62,192 nt of DNA, filler included, from an uncultured virus (IMG/VR IMGVR_UViG_2049941000_000870) (18 parts of one record of this genome joined end to end with filler, not necessarily neighbours in it), one strand, 5' to 3'; counted from the first letter of the whole stretch, positions 14,752 through 25,318 are shown. The notes: generated by a model from the letters alone, not told the origin. Translations and numbers: made by a program.

Positions 14752-15446
14752 TCAGTGCCGTATGGTAGTCCCATACGATTTCATCCACTTCTGGCTTGGT
14801 CTTCGCCCCGTAAATCCTGTTGAAAACCGTGTTGTGCAAATCGGCGTCCCTGACATTGTACATACCAGTGAGCAGCAGAATGGCGTTAAGCTTCAAGTTC
14901 TCCAGCTCCAGGCTTTTGATTTTCCCCACAGCCTCATGGTACGGGATGTCCGTCGTGCCGTCACCAATATCGTAAATCTCCATTGCCTTTTCGTTCCACC
15001 AAAGCCCGTTTTCACCAAGCCTGTCCAGGAACGCAGCCCTCTCATCAACAGTCGCCCACCTGTAATCCAGCTGGCATATTGTTATACACGACCCGTCAGC
15101 TCGGTACGCCATCGCCGTGTCGTCTTTCGTTATGACCATTGTTTCCGATTTATCGTCCATACTGGTTATGAAATGCCCGAAACCGAACAGCCCTAACTGC
15201 CAGGCGTTCCAGGTCTTGTTGAACTTACTCGGAAACAGTAAGCGCTCACCGTCTGGAACATACTTTCCGTACTTGTCAAACCTTATTCTCGGTTTATGGC
15301 CGAACTGGGGCTCGACTTCGATTATGTCACGTTCCCCGACATCGTCATGCACGCCGACAAGATTCACATACCCGACCATCGGGGAATAGAGCAGTGTCCC
15401 GACTGGCGCGTTCCTTAGAATTTCCGCTAGTACATTTCGTCCGTGA
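14752..15446 (-). CDS. Hypothetical phage protein, partial
   Basis: Open frame EILRNAPVGTLLYSP...LLFPSK. Confidence 0.55.
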
Positions 15447-15456
15447 NNNNNNNNNN

Positions 15457-16406
15457 CATTGCCTTGCCCTCCAGAAAAAGTACTACGGAATGTATGGCAA
15501 GTATATAGGCGGAAACAGGATGAAGACACACTTCGCCAAGAGGTACAAGATGCAGAACCTCCATTCGCAAAGTGTGCAGGAGGTTATAGAACGTCTCGAC
15601 TCAGCATACCAGAGGTTCTTCGCCCGCAAGTCCAAGAGACCCCCGAAATTCAAGAGGTTCTCGGACATGTCGTCAGTCGTGTTCAAGCAAGGAGGCTTCA
15701 AACTGAATGGCAACAAGCTGACAATAAACAAGTTAAAAACAACGTTCAAGTTCTCACTGAGCCGTCCGCTCAAAGGGGACGTGAAGCGGCTGTCGGTGAA
15801 GCGCTCGCCGCTGGGCGACTACTACATCTGCGTCGTCACCGACGCCGAGGCCAAACGATACGGAAAGACACACGATGGTGCATCCGTTGGCATCGACTTC
15901 GGCCTGAAAACCTATCTCACACTCTCCGACGGGCAGGCGGTCGAGAACCCGCAGTTCCTTAAACGGAACCTCACATCATTGAGAAAGGCATCCAGAAAGC
16001 TGAGCAACGCAAAGCGTGGCTCGAACAACAGAATACGGAAACGCATGGACCTTGACAGATGCCATGAAAAGGTTGTGAATTCACGAACCGACTGGCAGTG
16101 GAAACTCGCCCATGCGATATGCCGCTCATATGACAACATATTCGTCGAGGACCTTGTCCTGACTGGAATGTCGAGACGCTGGGGCAGGGAGATGGGCGAC
16201 CTGGCGCACGGAAGGTTCGTGGAAATCCTCGGAATGGTTGCATCGAAATACGGATGCAACCTGCACAAGGTTGACAGGTTCTACCCGTCAAGCAAAACCT
16301 GCGAGTGCGGGTTTGTCAATGAGAACCTGTCGCTGAAGGACAGGGAGTGGGTCTGCCCGCATTGCGGAAGGACAAACGACAGGGACTTGAATGCTGCAAG
16401 AAATAT
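15457..16406 (+). CDS. tnpB: RNA-guided endonuclease TnpB (IS200/IS605), partial
   Basis: RuvC motifs GIDFG, VEDL, DRDLNAA; Zn finger CECG...CPHC. Confidence 0.92.
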
Positions 16407-16506
16407 NNNNNNNNNNNNNNNNNNNNNNNNNNNNNNNNNNNNNNNNNNNNNNNNNNNNNNNNNNNNNNNNNNNNNNNNNNNNNNNNNNNNNNNNNNNNNN
16501 NNNNNN

Positions 16507-16762
16507 GCACAAGATTGACAGGTTCTACCCGTCAAGCAAAACTTGTGAATGTGGGTTTGTCAATGAGAACCTGTCGCTGATGGACAGGGAGTGGGTCTGT
16601 CCGCATTGCGGAAGGACAAACGACAGGGACTTGAATGCTGCAAGAAATATACTTCGTCGGGGCATCGACGAATTGGCGAGTGCAAAAGCTGATGGCGTCA
16701 ACGCCATCAGCGTGCATGTTTAAGCCAAGAATCCCGCGAATTCATTCGCGGGAGTATGTCAA
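16507..16762 (+). mobile_element. tnpB: Second TnpB 3' end with IS605 right end and omegaRNA region
   Basis: Near-identical to 16262-16406; hairpins GCTGATGGCGT/ACGCCATCAGC and TCCCGCGAAT/ATTCGCGGGA; terminal TCAA at 16759-16762. Confidence 0.8.
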
Positions 16763-16801
16763 GAACTCGCACATCTTGCTGACGTATGTCCNNNNNNNNN
16801 N

Positions 16802-17237
16802 GAAGCTCGACATCGGTTATCTCGGCCCAGTCGACATCGACCACCCAAATCGCTCGGTTCGAGCCGCACGCGCCATCCACGGAATCGAAAATCTTGTACG
16901 GCTTGGCATAGTTCTCGCAGGCTATCCTGTCGGCGAACTCCTTGAGGCAGGCTATCGTGCATTTCCTGAACGACTTTCTGGACGGGTTCACATACACCCT
17001 GGCGTTGTGCCTGTCGGCGANNNNNNNNNNGTCTACCAGGTCGTCCTTTAACCTGAACAGCTGGCCTTCGCTTTGCAGATAAAGTGTCTTCAGTATGCGC
17101 GAGCTCGTCTCCATGTCTGGATTCTCCTTGCGCCTCTTTATGACCTGGAGCATGTAGAAGTCGTCGTCGCTGTCGAATTTCAGAATGTCGTTGATTTTCG
17201 TGAAATGGTCTATCATGACAAGTGATGTTGTTTGCAT
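16802..17237 (-). CDS. Hypothetical phage protein (gapped)
   Basis: FYMLQVIKRRKENP...RVYVNP...WVVDVD. Confidence 0.55.
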
Positions 17238-17238
17238 A

Positions 17239-17251
17239 TAATATACAAAAA
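17239..17251 (-). promoter_or_regulatory. Repeated upstream motif TTTTTGTATATTA (also 17739, 21604, 28373, 40237)
   Basis: Five exact copies, intergenic and oriented toward minus-strand genes. Confidence 0.6.
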
Positions 17252-17270
17252 AGAATATGGTGTTGAATTT

Positions 17271-17737
17271 TCAGTACAGCCAGTCTGGGGCTTCCGTCGC
17301 AATGCCTTTTCCGATAAGCCCCCTGTGGTCGAAGTGTCTGGCGTTCAGCCAGTCCGTAACCCTTACGGCGTTCGGAACGGCAACCATGTCGCATTTCTGT
17401 CGGTCGGAGCCAGCCAGGAGTTTGTCAATGTCGACTGACACCACATGGCAGTCGCGGCAAAGTTCGCCCTTCTCCTCGTCGGTCATGGACCCCATCGGCC
17501 TGAGGTATGGTTTGAACCTTTCCACATCCGAATAATCCCCGCTACAGAAGAAATCAATGTCACAACCGATGCCAGTGACAGTGCTGCCGCCGTNNNNNNN
17601 NNNGTCAGAAACAGCTTGTCAAGCTTCCTGCTCATAGACCCATCGTATTGCACATGCAACCCGTACGGCAATCCTTCGCACAAACATTTGATTAACAGTA
17701 TTTTATCTTCTTTCGTCATAATAAGTGCCGTTTGCAT
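17271..17737 (-). CDS. Phage protein of KPYLRPM...DWLN..FDxRGLI family (paralog fragments at about 1011-1187 and 3124-3335)
   Basis: Shared motifs among three loci. Confidence 0.55.
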
Positions 17738-17746
17738 ATAATATAC

Positions 17747-17777
17747 AAAAAAAAGGCACGCCTGTTTCGACGTGCCT
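17747..17777 (-). terminator. Rho-independent terminator downstream of tRNA-Ser
   Basis: AGGCACG/CGTGCCT stem followed by a U-tract on the minus strand. Confidence 0.6.
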
Positions 17778-17812
17778 GGAAAAATATCGGAGCTGAAAGT
17801 GTGTTCAATTTG

Positions 17813-17899
17813 CGGAGAGGGTGGGATTCGAACCCACGTGGGCGTTACCACCCAATCGGTTTTCGAGACCGACGCCTTCAGCCGCTCGGCCACCTCTCC
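17813..17899 (-). tRNA. tRNA-Ser(CGA)
   Basis: Cloverleaf, loop CT-CGA-AA, long variable arm, G73. Confidence 0.95.
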
Positions 17900-18615
17900 G
17901 TTTTTTTTTTTATTTTCAATATTTCAAATAATCCTGTCTGTTTTTTGTCCTTATACTTTGTCCTCCGCCACAAAAGGTGCTTTTGAATTAATCCAAAATT
18001 GTTATTNNNNNNNNNNGCATGGCACAATTCCTTCAACGGCTCGACAGCCTCGGTAGGCACGACAAAAGTGTCATACCATGTCCCGCAATCCGCCCTTCCG
18101 AGCACGAAATCGTCGAGCGCGGTCTTGCCGTATTTCGACGCGAACTTTGTCGAGAATTCAGTCATTCTGTTTATGAAGTTCTTGAACGCGTACTGGATGA
18201 AAGGTATCTCATACCATGTCATGTGGATTGTCGACAGTTCTGGAAACCTGACTTCGGAATATTCGGTCGCGAGCTGCGCGGCCACTTCCCTGCCAAGTCG
18301 CAGTTTTTCCGCACAGTCGTGGCACAGGCCGTCCTTCTCGAACCTCGGGCACTCCTCGCCAGTACGTCCGCATCCAGCGCACCTCTGTTTTCCCTTGTAT
18401 AAATTACTCATAATCCTCCCTTTCACTGAACGCAAGTTCTACGTTGTTGAAAAAATCATCATTTAATTTTGAAGTGTATCTGCTCATGGTACCGTCTATG
18501 AAAACATTGAACTTGTGCCTGTTGGCGATGAATTTGTCGGTAAGNNNNNNNNNNTCAGTACCAAGCTCCTTATTTAAAAACAAAAGTCTTTCTTTATCAT
18601 TCATTTTTATTGATG

Positions 18616-20397
18616 TTAATCCAATATTGTAATTTTCCTGCACCTTATCTTCCCTCCTTCATGCACTACACGGCCAACATCCTCGTATTTCACCTTCACC
18701 TTCACGACAAGCTCGTCACAGTATCCTTTCGCCTTTTCTTCTGTCCATACGGACAAGCCGAATGAATCTTCGTCAGGTGAACAGTCGCAGAACGCTTCGT
18801 ATACCTCTCCTGGAAAGTAACGGTATTGGAAGTTGTAGTTCGAGTATCTGTCGGAGCGTATTCCTTTGTATGCGATGAAGTAATCGTCATGGCGCTCGTA
18901 CAGGCCAGTGGCCTCGACTTGCGCTTTCAAAAACCCAGTGTCCTTGTAGGCCCAGTTGTCCATTATTGACATGTGGTTTAGTTCATTGTAGAACTCGCGT
19001 ATGAAGTCCTCGGACAGTTTCTGATATTTTGAAATATAATCCCAGTCAACCCTGTCTTGAAACTCACGTATGAAGTCCTCGGAAAGTTTCTGGTATTNNN
19101 NNNNNNNNNNNNNNNNNNNNNNNNNNNNNNNNNNNNNNNNNNNNNNNNNNNNNNNNNNNNNNNNNNNNNNNNNNNNNNNNNNNNNNNNNNNNNNNNNNNN
19201 NNNNNNNNNNNNNNNNNNNNNNNNNNNNNNNNNNNNNNNNNNNNNNNNNNNNNNNNNNNNNNNNNNNNNNNNNNNNNNNNNNNNNNNNNNNNNNNNNNNN
19301 NNNNNNNNNNNNNNNNNNNNNNNNNNNNNNNNNNNNNNNNNNNNNNNNNNNNNNNNNNNNNNNNNNNNNNNNNNNNNNNNNNNNNNNNNNNNNNNNNNNN
19401 NNNNNNNNNNNNNNNNNNNNNNNNNNNNNNNNNNNNNNNNNNNNNNNNNNNNNNNNNNNNNNNNNNNNNNNNNNNNNNNNNNNNNNNNNNNNNNNNNNNN
19501 NNNNNNNNNNNNNNNNNNNNNNNNNNNNNNNNNNNNNNNNNNNNNNNNNNNNNNNNNNNNNNNNNNNNNNNNNNNNNNNNNNNNNNNNNNNNNNNNNNNN
19601 TCCCTCCTTCATACACAACACGTCCGACATCCTCGTATTTGACTTTCACCTTCACGACAAGCTCGTTGCAGTAATCCCTTGCATTGTCCTCCGTCCACAC
19701 GGACAACCCGAATGAATTTTCAATATCGGAACAGTCGCAGAAAGCCTCGTATGTCTCGCCTGGAAGGTAACGATATTTAAAGTTGTAGTTCGAGTATCTG
19801 TCGGAGCGTATTCCCTTGTACGCAATGAAGTAATCGTCATGGCACTCGTACAGTCCAGTGGCCTCGACTTGGCGTTTCAAAAAATCAGCGTCTTTGTAAA
19901 TCCAGTTGTCCCGTATTGAATCGTGGTTTAGTTCATTATAGAATTCTCGGATGAATTCATCTGACAGCTTCTGGTGTTTTGAAATACAAGACCAGTCGAC
20001 CCTGTCTTGAAACTCACGTATGAAGTCCTCTGAGAGCTTCTGGTATTTTGAAACGCAATACCNNNNNNNNNNTGCGGATGAAGTCCTCGGAGAGCTTTTG
20101 AAACATTGAAATGTCATACCAATCGACATCATCCTGAAATTCGCGTATGAAGTCCTCGGACAATTTCTGGTATTGTGAAACCCGACACCAACTCACCTTG
20201 TCCTTGAACTCGCGGATAAAGTCCTCGGAGAGTTTCTGGTGCTCTGAAACATACTCCCAGTCAACCCTGTCTTGAAACTCGCGTATGAAGTCCTCCGACA
20301 GTTTTTGGTATACTGAAATGTACTCCCAGACAACCCTGTCTTGAAACTCACGTATGAAGTCCTCGGAGAGCTTTTGAAACATTGAAATGTCATACCA
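18616..20397 (-). CDS. Two paralogous (or allelic) tryptophan-repeat proteins with 24-aa repeats QKLSEDFIREFQDRVDW
   Basis: 72-bp tandem repeats; duplicated C-terminal domain at 18616-18960 and 19601-19910. Confidence 0.75.
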
Positions 20398-20587
20398 NNN
20401 NNNNNNNNNNNNNNNNNNNNNNNNNNNNNNNNNNNNNNNNNTTAATTAATTAANNNNNNNNNNNNNNNNNNNNNNNNNNNNNNNNNNNNNNNNNNNNTTC
20501 CTGAGCTCTTTCTCGACCCAGTCTATCGCCTCGTAAAGGTCTTTCCCGTTCTTCTCGAACCATTCGTCGTTCCAGTAATGCATAATT

Positions 20588-20935
20588 TTATTTCAAACCA
20601 GTTTCTTTTGCTTTTTCTTTGTAGTATTTTTTCAGTTCCTTAAGGAATCTGTTCATTGTCCTTCTTGTCGGCCTCTTGTTCTCATATTCGTAGCACGGCT
20701 GACCCCACATATTCATCAACGTGCCGAATTTCAGCCAACCTTCCCATCTCTCACAGTCCCAGAACTCATACCTGGACAGGTCACCGAATTCGACCTCCGT
20801 GAACAACTTCCCCTGGTGCAGCACTTTTCTGATGCCGTACTTGAGACACTCCTTAAGCTCCTTGTTAAGCTTCCAGTCGATTACGCAGAGGAAACTCTGA
20901 AAAAACGGTATTCTGTTGTTAGATATTTCTTTCAT
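20588..20935 (-). CDS. Hypothetical protein
   Basis: Complete ORF in a tightly packed run. Confidence 0.55.
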   Translation of the reverse strand: MKEISNNRIPFFQSFLCVIDWKLNKELKECLKYGIRKVLHQGKLFTEVEFGDLSRYEFWDCERWEGWLKFGTLMNMWGQPCYEYENKRPTRRTMNRFLKELKKYYKEKAKETGLK

Positions 20936-20940
20936 GGGCG

Positions 20941-21327
20941 TTAATCTTTATTTTCTGAAACGTATTTCCAATCTTCAACAACATATTTCTTGCTCAAGTA
21001 CCGCCTATCCCTTTTTGCTAACGTTAAAACGGCATTCAACAAACAAAGTAACAACGAATCACCTCTAACATCATTCCATGTGGCTTTAACGCAAGCCCCT
21101 TCAATAAACCACCAAGGTGTTGTGCAATGCCATTCACGCATACCATGGTCCCACCATATTTGTATTTCGACCCAACACTCATCCCTTGTCTTCTTGCTGC
21201 CTTCCTTCCACTGTTTAGGAAGCATATCCAACAAGTCGGTGACATCGTATTTCTTCTTGAGTATCTTTATTCCATAATCCTTAAGAAGACCCATTTCAAA
21301 TTCGTCAAGATATTTTCTCTCAGCCAT
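20941..21327 (-). CDS. Hypothetical protein
   Basis: Complete ORF. Confidence 0.55.
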   Translation of the reverse strand: MAERKYLDEFEMGLLKDYGIKILKKKYDVTDLLDMLPKQWKEGSKKTRDECWVEIQIWWDHGMREWHCTTPWWFIEGACVKATWNDVRGDSLLLCLLNAVLTLAKRDRRYLSKKYVVEDWKYVSENKD

Positions 21328-22060
21328 GTTATTCCTCCTTTGTTTTCTTATACACCTGCCTCTCATTGAGTTCCCGCACTGTTATCTCGCCGCTGTTCAG
21401 CTGTGCCAGCAGGTTCCTTCCGCGCTTCACGCCTTCGTTATATATCTCCTCGCGCTCCATGTCAAGCTCCTTCATCAGGTCCCTGCGCATATTGTCCTCC
21501 TTTGTGCGGACTTCAATCATCTTGTCCTGTATGGCCTTGCAAAGCTCCTTCAACGGTTTGACCGAATCCGTCGGGACGGCGAANNNNNNNNNNCCTGTAC
21601 CTGTAATATACAAAAAATGCTGGACAGTGGAAAACTATTCACCGTCCAGCTCTATGTCCACCCATCTCTTGCACGCTTTAAACGAATAATCGTGACCGAA
21701 ACCGCAGCCGTTTTCGTCAACNNNNNNNNNNNNNNNNNNNNNNNNNNNNNNNNNNNNNNNNNNNNTTAATTAATTAANNNNNNNNNNNNNNNNNNNNNNN
21801 NNNNNNNNNNNNNNNNNNNNNCAGCCACGAATTCTATTTCGTTGTCTGTGTCGTAATCGTGGAGCCCATTTACGTCTACATTTACGAGCGTTCCAAACCA
21901 CAAACAGCCGTCACCTTTAAAAGTACCGCAAGCTGGGCCTGACCGATGAGTCGGTTTTACAGCCAATATACCATCGAATTTCACTTTTCTTTGCAAATCA
22001 ACCGAAAAATACATCCGCTCTGCATCCAAAGAATAGTATTTATCAAATTTTATATCTGTG

Positions 22061-22468
22061 TCAGTCATCTTGCCAGGTTTTATAGCATCCGTCATAATCC
22101 TTGTCCGTGCCGAGTAGCGAGCCTGTCTCGTAGTTATACGGAACACAATACTTATACCTATAGCCGTTAAGGCATACATAGTTCTTCGGATGGTTCAGGT
22201 TGATGAAACCGAACAGTGACGGAACCCAAAGGTCATCCTTTTCGTCACGTACAAGAACCTGCTGGAACGGTTTAAGTTTCAACGGCGAATAGGGAATCTT
22301 CTCAATATCATCCTGATATTTGAACGATATGAACAGCACGACAGTCTCGTCTGGACCGTATGCGACTTTCTGGACATAATATCCGCTCGGGCTTATCGCG
22401 GTTATGTCATACTCAACCCCCTCGTACCTGATTCGGTCGTTCTCTTTGAATCTGGTTTGGTCTTCCAT
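22061..22468 (-). CDS. Hypothetical protein (LKPFQQVLVRD...W type)
   Basis: ORF starting MEDQ directly after the upstream stop. Confidence 0.55.
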   Translation of the reverse strand: MEDQTRFKENDRIRYEGVEYDITAISPSGYYVQKVAYGPDETVVLFISFKYQDDIEKIPYSPLKLKPFQQVLVRDEKDDLWVPSLFGFINLNHPKNYVCLNGYRYKYCVPYNYETGSLLGTDKDYDGCYKTWQDD

Positions 22469-22469
22469 A

Positions 22470-23183
22470 CTATCTGATATTTGTTGTGTCTGATGTATTC
22501 CGTATGTGTATGCAACACGGTCTTCCGAGTTTGATTGTGTCGCCAACATGATACAGTGTGTTTGTCCTGAAATGCACTTCATTGTTTGGCCCAAAACGGT
22601 CCAGGCCCTTTATGGTAACCGTGTATGTATACGCATTTGTCTTTTTGTATTCAACACACATGACTATTCCGTTTTCGTCTTCGAGCGTATGTGTGCAGGA
22701 GCACATTGGGACAGCGGCCAGTGCAACAAAAGCAAGCAGGAAAAGCTTTCTCAACAGCTTTTTCCACCACGGAAGGTTGTCCTCGTACCTTCGTGTCATG
22801 ATATCGTTGTATGCCATGGCAATGTCTGCGGTTGTCACTTTGGCTTCTTCAAGGAGTTTCTCATCCAACGGAGGGCAGCTCTCAATTTTCTGGCAACCTT
22901 GGATTCGGCCACCTAGGATTCCGACCCCTTCGTCTTTCTTCTCCGTAGGCTCTTCTGGTTTTATCGGGTTGCCGTAGATATCAACTTCCTCAAGCATAAA
23001 CATGTTTTTACAATCTGGACAGTCACAGTACCTGAATTTCCTGATTTCATGCCCCTCCATAACCATCAAGATTGGCGTCGCAATCGTATACGTATCCGAC
23101 CTGTCAGCAATGAATTCGCACCCGCAGTTATGGCATTTTACTTCATATTTCTGTTTTACTTCGCCGTGTTTGATTATTTCCAT
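22470..23183 (-). CDS. Zn-ribbon and membrane-segment protein
   Basis: CHNC...CPDC and a hydrophobic stretch LFLLAFVALAAVPMCSC. Confidence 0.55.
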   Translation of the reverse strand: MEIIKHGEVKQKYEVKCHNCGCEFIADRSDTYTIATPILMVMEGHEIRKFRYCDCPDCKNMFMLEEVDIYGNPIKPEEPTEKKDEGVGILGGRIQGCQKIESCPPLDEKLLEEAKVTTADIAMAYNDIMTRRYEDNLPWWKKLLRKLFLLAFVALAAVPMCSCTHTLEDENGIVMCVEYKKTNAYTYTVTIKGLDRFGPNNEVHFRTNTLYHVGDTIKLGRPCCIHIRNTSDTTNIR

Positions 23184-24134
23184 TTGATATTAAAAATTGT
23201 TTGTTAAAATAGATTCATATGTTTTACCACCATATCCCGTTAAAGTGTTTCGCGAACAGAACCCTTCCGTTTTCAGCCCGTTGCACAAGGGAATCAAACT
23301 CCGCCATTTTCTCNNNNNNNNNNGTTTGTCGTTGTCTTTTTCTCTCATCATCTCCCTTGTCCATCCGCTGTCGATTCTCCAATATATGAAGTCACATAAT
23401 TTCTCTTTCAGACGGTTGAACCATTCTATCTTCGATACACGATACGGCGGTCTTAGATACTTGTTAGGGCCATATAATAGTTGGGTGAGGCTTCCGTCCC
23501 ACCAGCACAGGTACTCATCCCTGTATGTGCCGTATTTCTCCTTTCCGCAGACACGGATTCTGTNNNNNNNNNNNNNNNNNNNNNNNNNNNNNNNNNNNNN
23601 NNNNNNNNNNNNNNNNNNNNNNNNNNNNNNNNNNNNNNNNNNNNNNNNNNNNNNNNNNNNNNNNNNNNNNNNNNNNNNNNNNNNNNNNNNNNNNNNNNNN
23701 NNNNNNNNNNNNNNNNNNNNNNNNNNNNNNNNNNNNNNNNNNNNNNNNNNNNNNNNNNNNNNNNNNNNNNNNNNNNNNNNNNNNNNNNNNNNNNNNNNNN
23801 NNNNNNNNNNNNNNNNNNNNNNNNNNNNNNNNNNNNNNNNNNNNNNNNNNNNNNNNNNNNNNNNNNNNNNNNNNNNNNNNNNNNNNNNNNNNNNNNNNNN
23901 NNNNNNNNNNNNNNNNNNNNNNNNNNNNNNNNNNNNNNNNNNNNNNNNNNNNNNNNNNNNNNNNNNNNNNNNNNNNNNNNNNNNNNNNNNNNNNNNNNNN
24001 NNNNNNNNNNNNNNNNNNNNNNNNNNNNNNNNNNNNNNNNNNNNNNNNNNNNNNNNNNNNNNNNNNNNNNNNNNNNNNNNNNNNNNNNNNNNNNNNNNNN
24101 NNNNNNNNNNNNNNNNNNNNNNNNNNNNNNNNNN

Positions 24135-24176
24135 GATGTGCTCTAAGCTTTCGCAAACCAACTGAGCTACGAGCGC
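24135..24176 (-). tRNA. tRNA 5' fragment with enlarged D-loop (anticodon in gap)
   Basis: GCGCTCG-TA-GCTC...GAGC. Confidence 0.7.
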
Positions 24177-24195
24177 TGTTCATGCTGTTTGACAG

Positions 24196-24269
24196 GGTGG
24201 ATGGTGGGACTCGAACCCACGACTCACGGAACCACAATCCGTTGTTCTGCCAACTGAACTACATCCACC
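24196..24269 (-). tRNA. tRNA-His(GTG)
   Basis: G-1/C73, loop TT-GTG-GT. Confidence 0.95.
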
Positions 24270-24293
24270 ATATTACACTTTGGATAATTTTCG

Positions 24294-24369
24294 TGGCTCC
24301 GATGGGACTCGAACCCATACGCCCTTACGGGCAAGGGATTTTAAGCCCCTCGCGTCTACCAGTTCCGCC
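24294..24369 (-). tRNA. tRNA-Leu(TAA), 5' end in gap
   Basis: Loop CT-TAA-AA, variable arm, A73. Confidence 0.92.
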
Positions 24370-24464
24370 NNNNNNNNNNTGGGTAAGGGACCAGACCCGA
24401 CCTAATCGCCCCGACGCTCGGCTACATCCGTAAACACCCGACCAAGACAGTGGCCTGTTTTACC

Positions 24465-24880
24465 AGGTTTGAGGTGGAAGTGTGTCCATGCACGGCTTTC
24501 CCTTTTTAATAACGCCTCCCTTTCGGGGGACCGAGTGCCTTTGCACGGCAGTCCTATAATCCACGTCAGTGGTACCGCGCAAGCATTGCATTCTGTCGGA
24601 CAGCCTCTTTCAACAATTTATCGCTTCGGCTCCGTCTTGCATCGCCACACAGTTGCCTGTAGTGTGAGGCAGCTGACGCTGTGTGGACCGTACTCTCTTC
24701 CAAGTTATAGGCGGTAATGCTTCGAGCAGATTGCATAGCAAGGAATACTTATATCGGCTTTACGCCCTTCTGGCCTTGCCAGGTTGCTATCGGGAACGCT
24801 TCCTTGCCATGAGCGCTGCCGAGACACGTCCCGACGGCCCGATGCGGTTGCCCGTATATCATTTCAGGGCGGTTTTGTTG
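24465..24880 (-). ncRNA. Candidate large structured RNA
   Basis: Many nested helices and no credible ORF, inside the tRNA array; strand assumed from neighbours. Confidence 0.45.
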
Positions 24881-24883
24881 TCC

Positions 24884-24991
24884 GTGCCAGATAAAAACAG
24901 CCTTCAGCCCAAGAAAACTTTTAAAGAGGCAGCTGTTCTGTGGATTGCCTATGGGAATTGTGCTGTGCTTTTCTTGGTTCAGTCTGGCTAC
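24884..24991 (-). ncRNA. Conserved pseudoknot motif, copy 1
   Basis: Shared with the interior of 32920-33114, with a compensatory base-pair change. Confidence 0.7.
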
Positions 24992-25001
24992 GAACCTTTA
25001 G

Positions 25002-25084
25002 TAGCGGGTGAGGGACTCGAACCCCCGAGGCGTTGTGCAGTGGGTTATGAGCCCACCCCGATGACCATCTTCGGACAACCCGCA
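25002..25084 (-). tRNA. Initiator-type tRNA-Met(CAT) with long variable region
   Basis: 1:72 mismatch, GGG/CCC in anticodon stem, loop CT-CAT-AA. Confidence 0.85.
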
Positions 25085-25096
25085 ATGCTGTTCTTG

Positions 25097-25169
25097 AGCG
25101 GCAGACGGGACTTGGACCCGCGACTTCGGACTTGGAAGGACCGCGCTCTACCAACTGAGCTACTGCCGC
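25097..25169 (-). tRNA. tRNA-Gly(TCC)
   Basis: Loop CT-TCC-AA, T73; T-loop TCCAAGT. Confidence 0.88.
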
Positions 25170-25170
25170 G

Positions 25171-25318
25171 TAAGCACGGGGGTCAGGTCCCCCGCGGACC
25201 TCTTGCTGTCCAGCCCTGGGCTAGGCGGCAAGACCAATGTAAGAATTGTTCTCGTTTATTCCTACTCACTGCAGTCTACTCATCTCATACTCAACCGCCG
25301 TCAAAACCAAACGAGCCC
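25171..25318 (-). ncRNA. ssrA: tmRNA coding piece (split or permuted tmRNA), tag ENNSYIGLAA*
   Basis: 5' GGGCTCG-TTTGG-TTTT-GAC; AATAAAC before the resume codon; tag frame 25253-25221; terminal pseudoknot. Confidence 0.75.
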
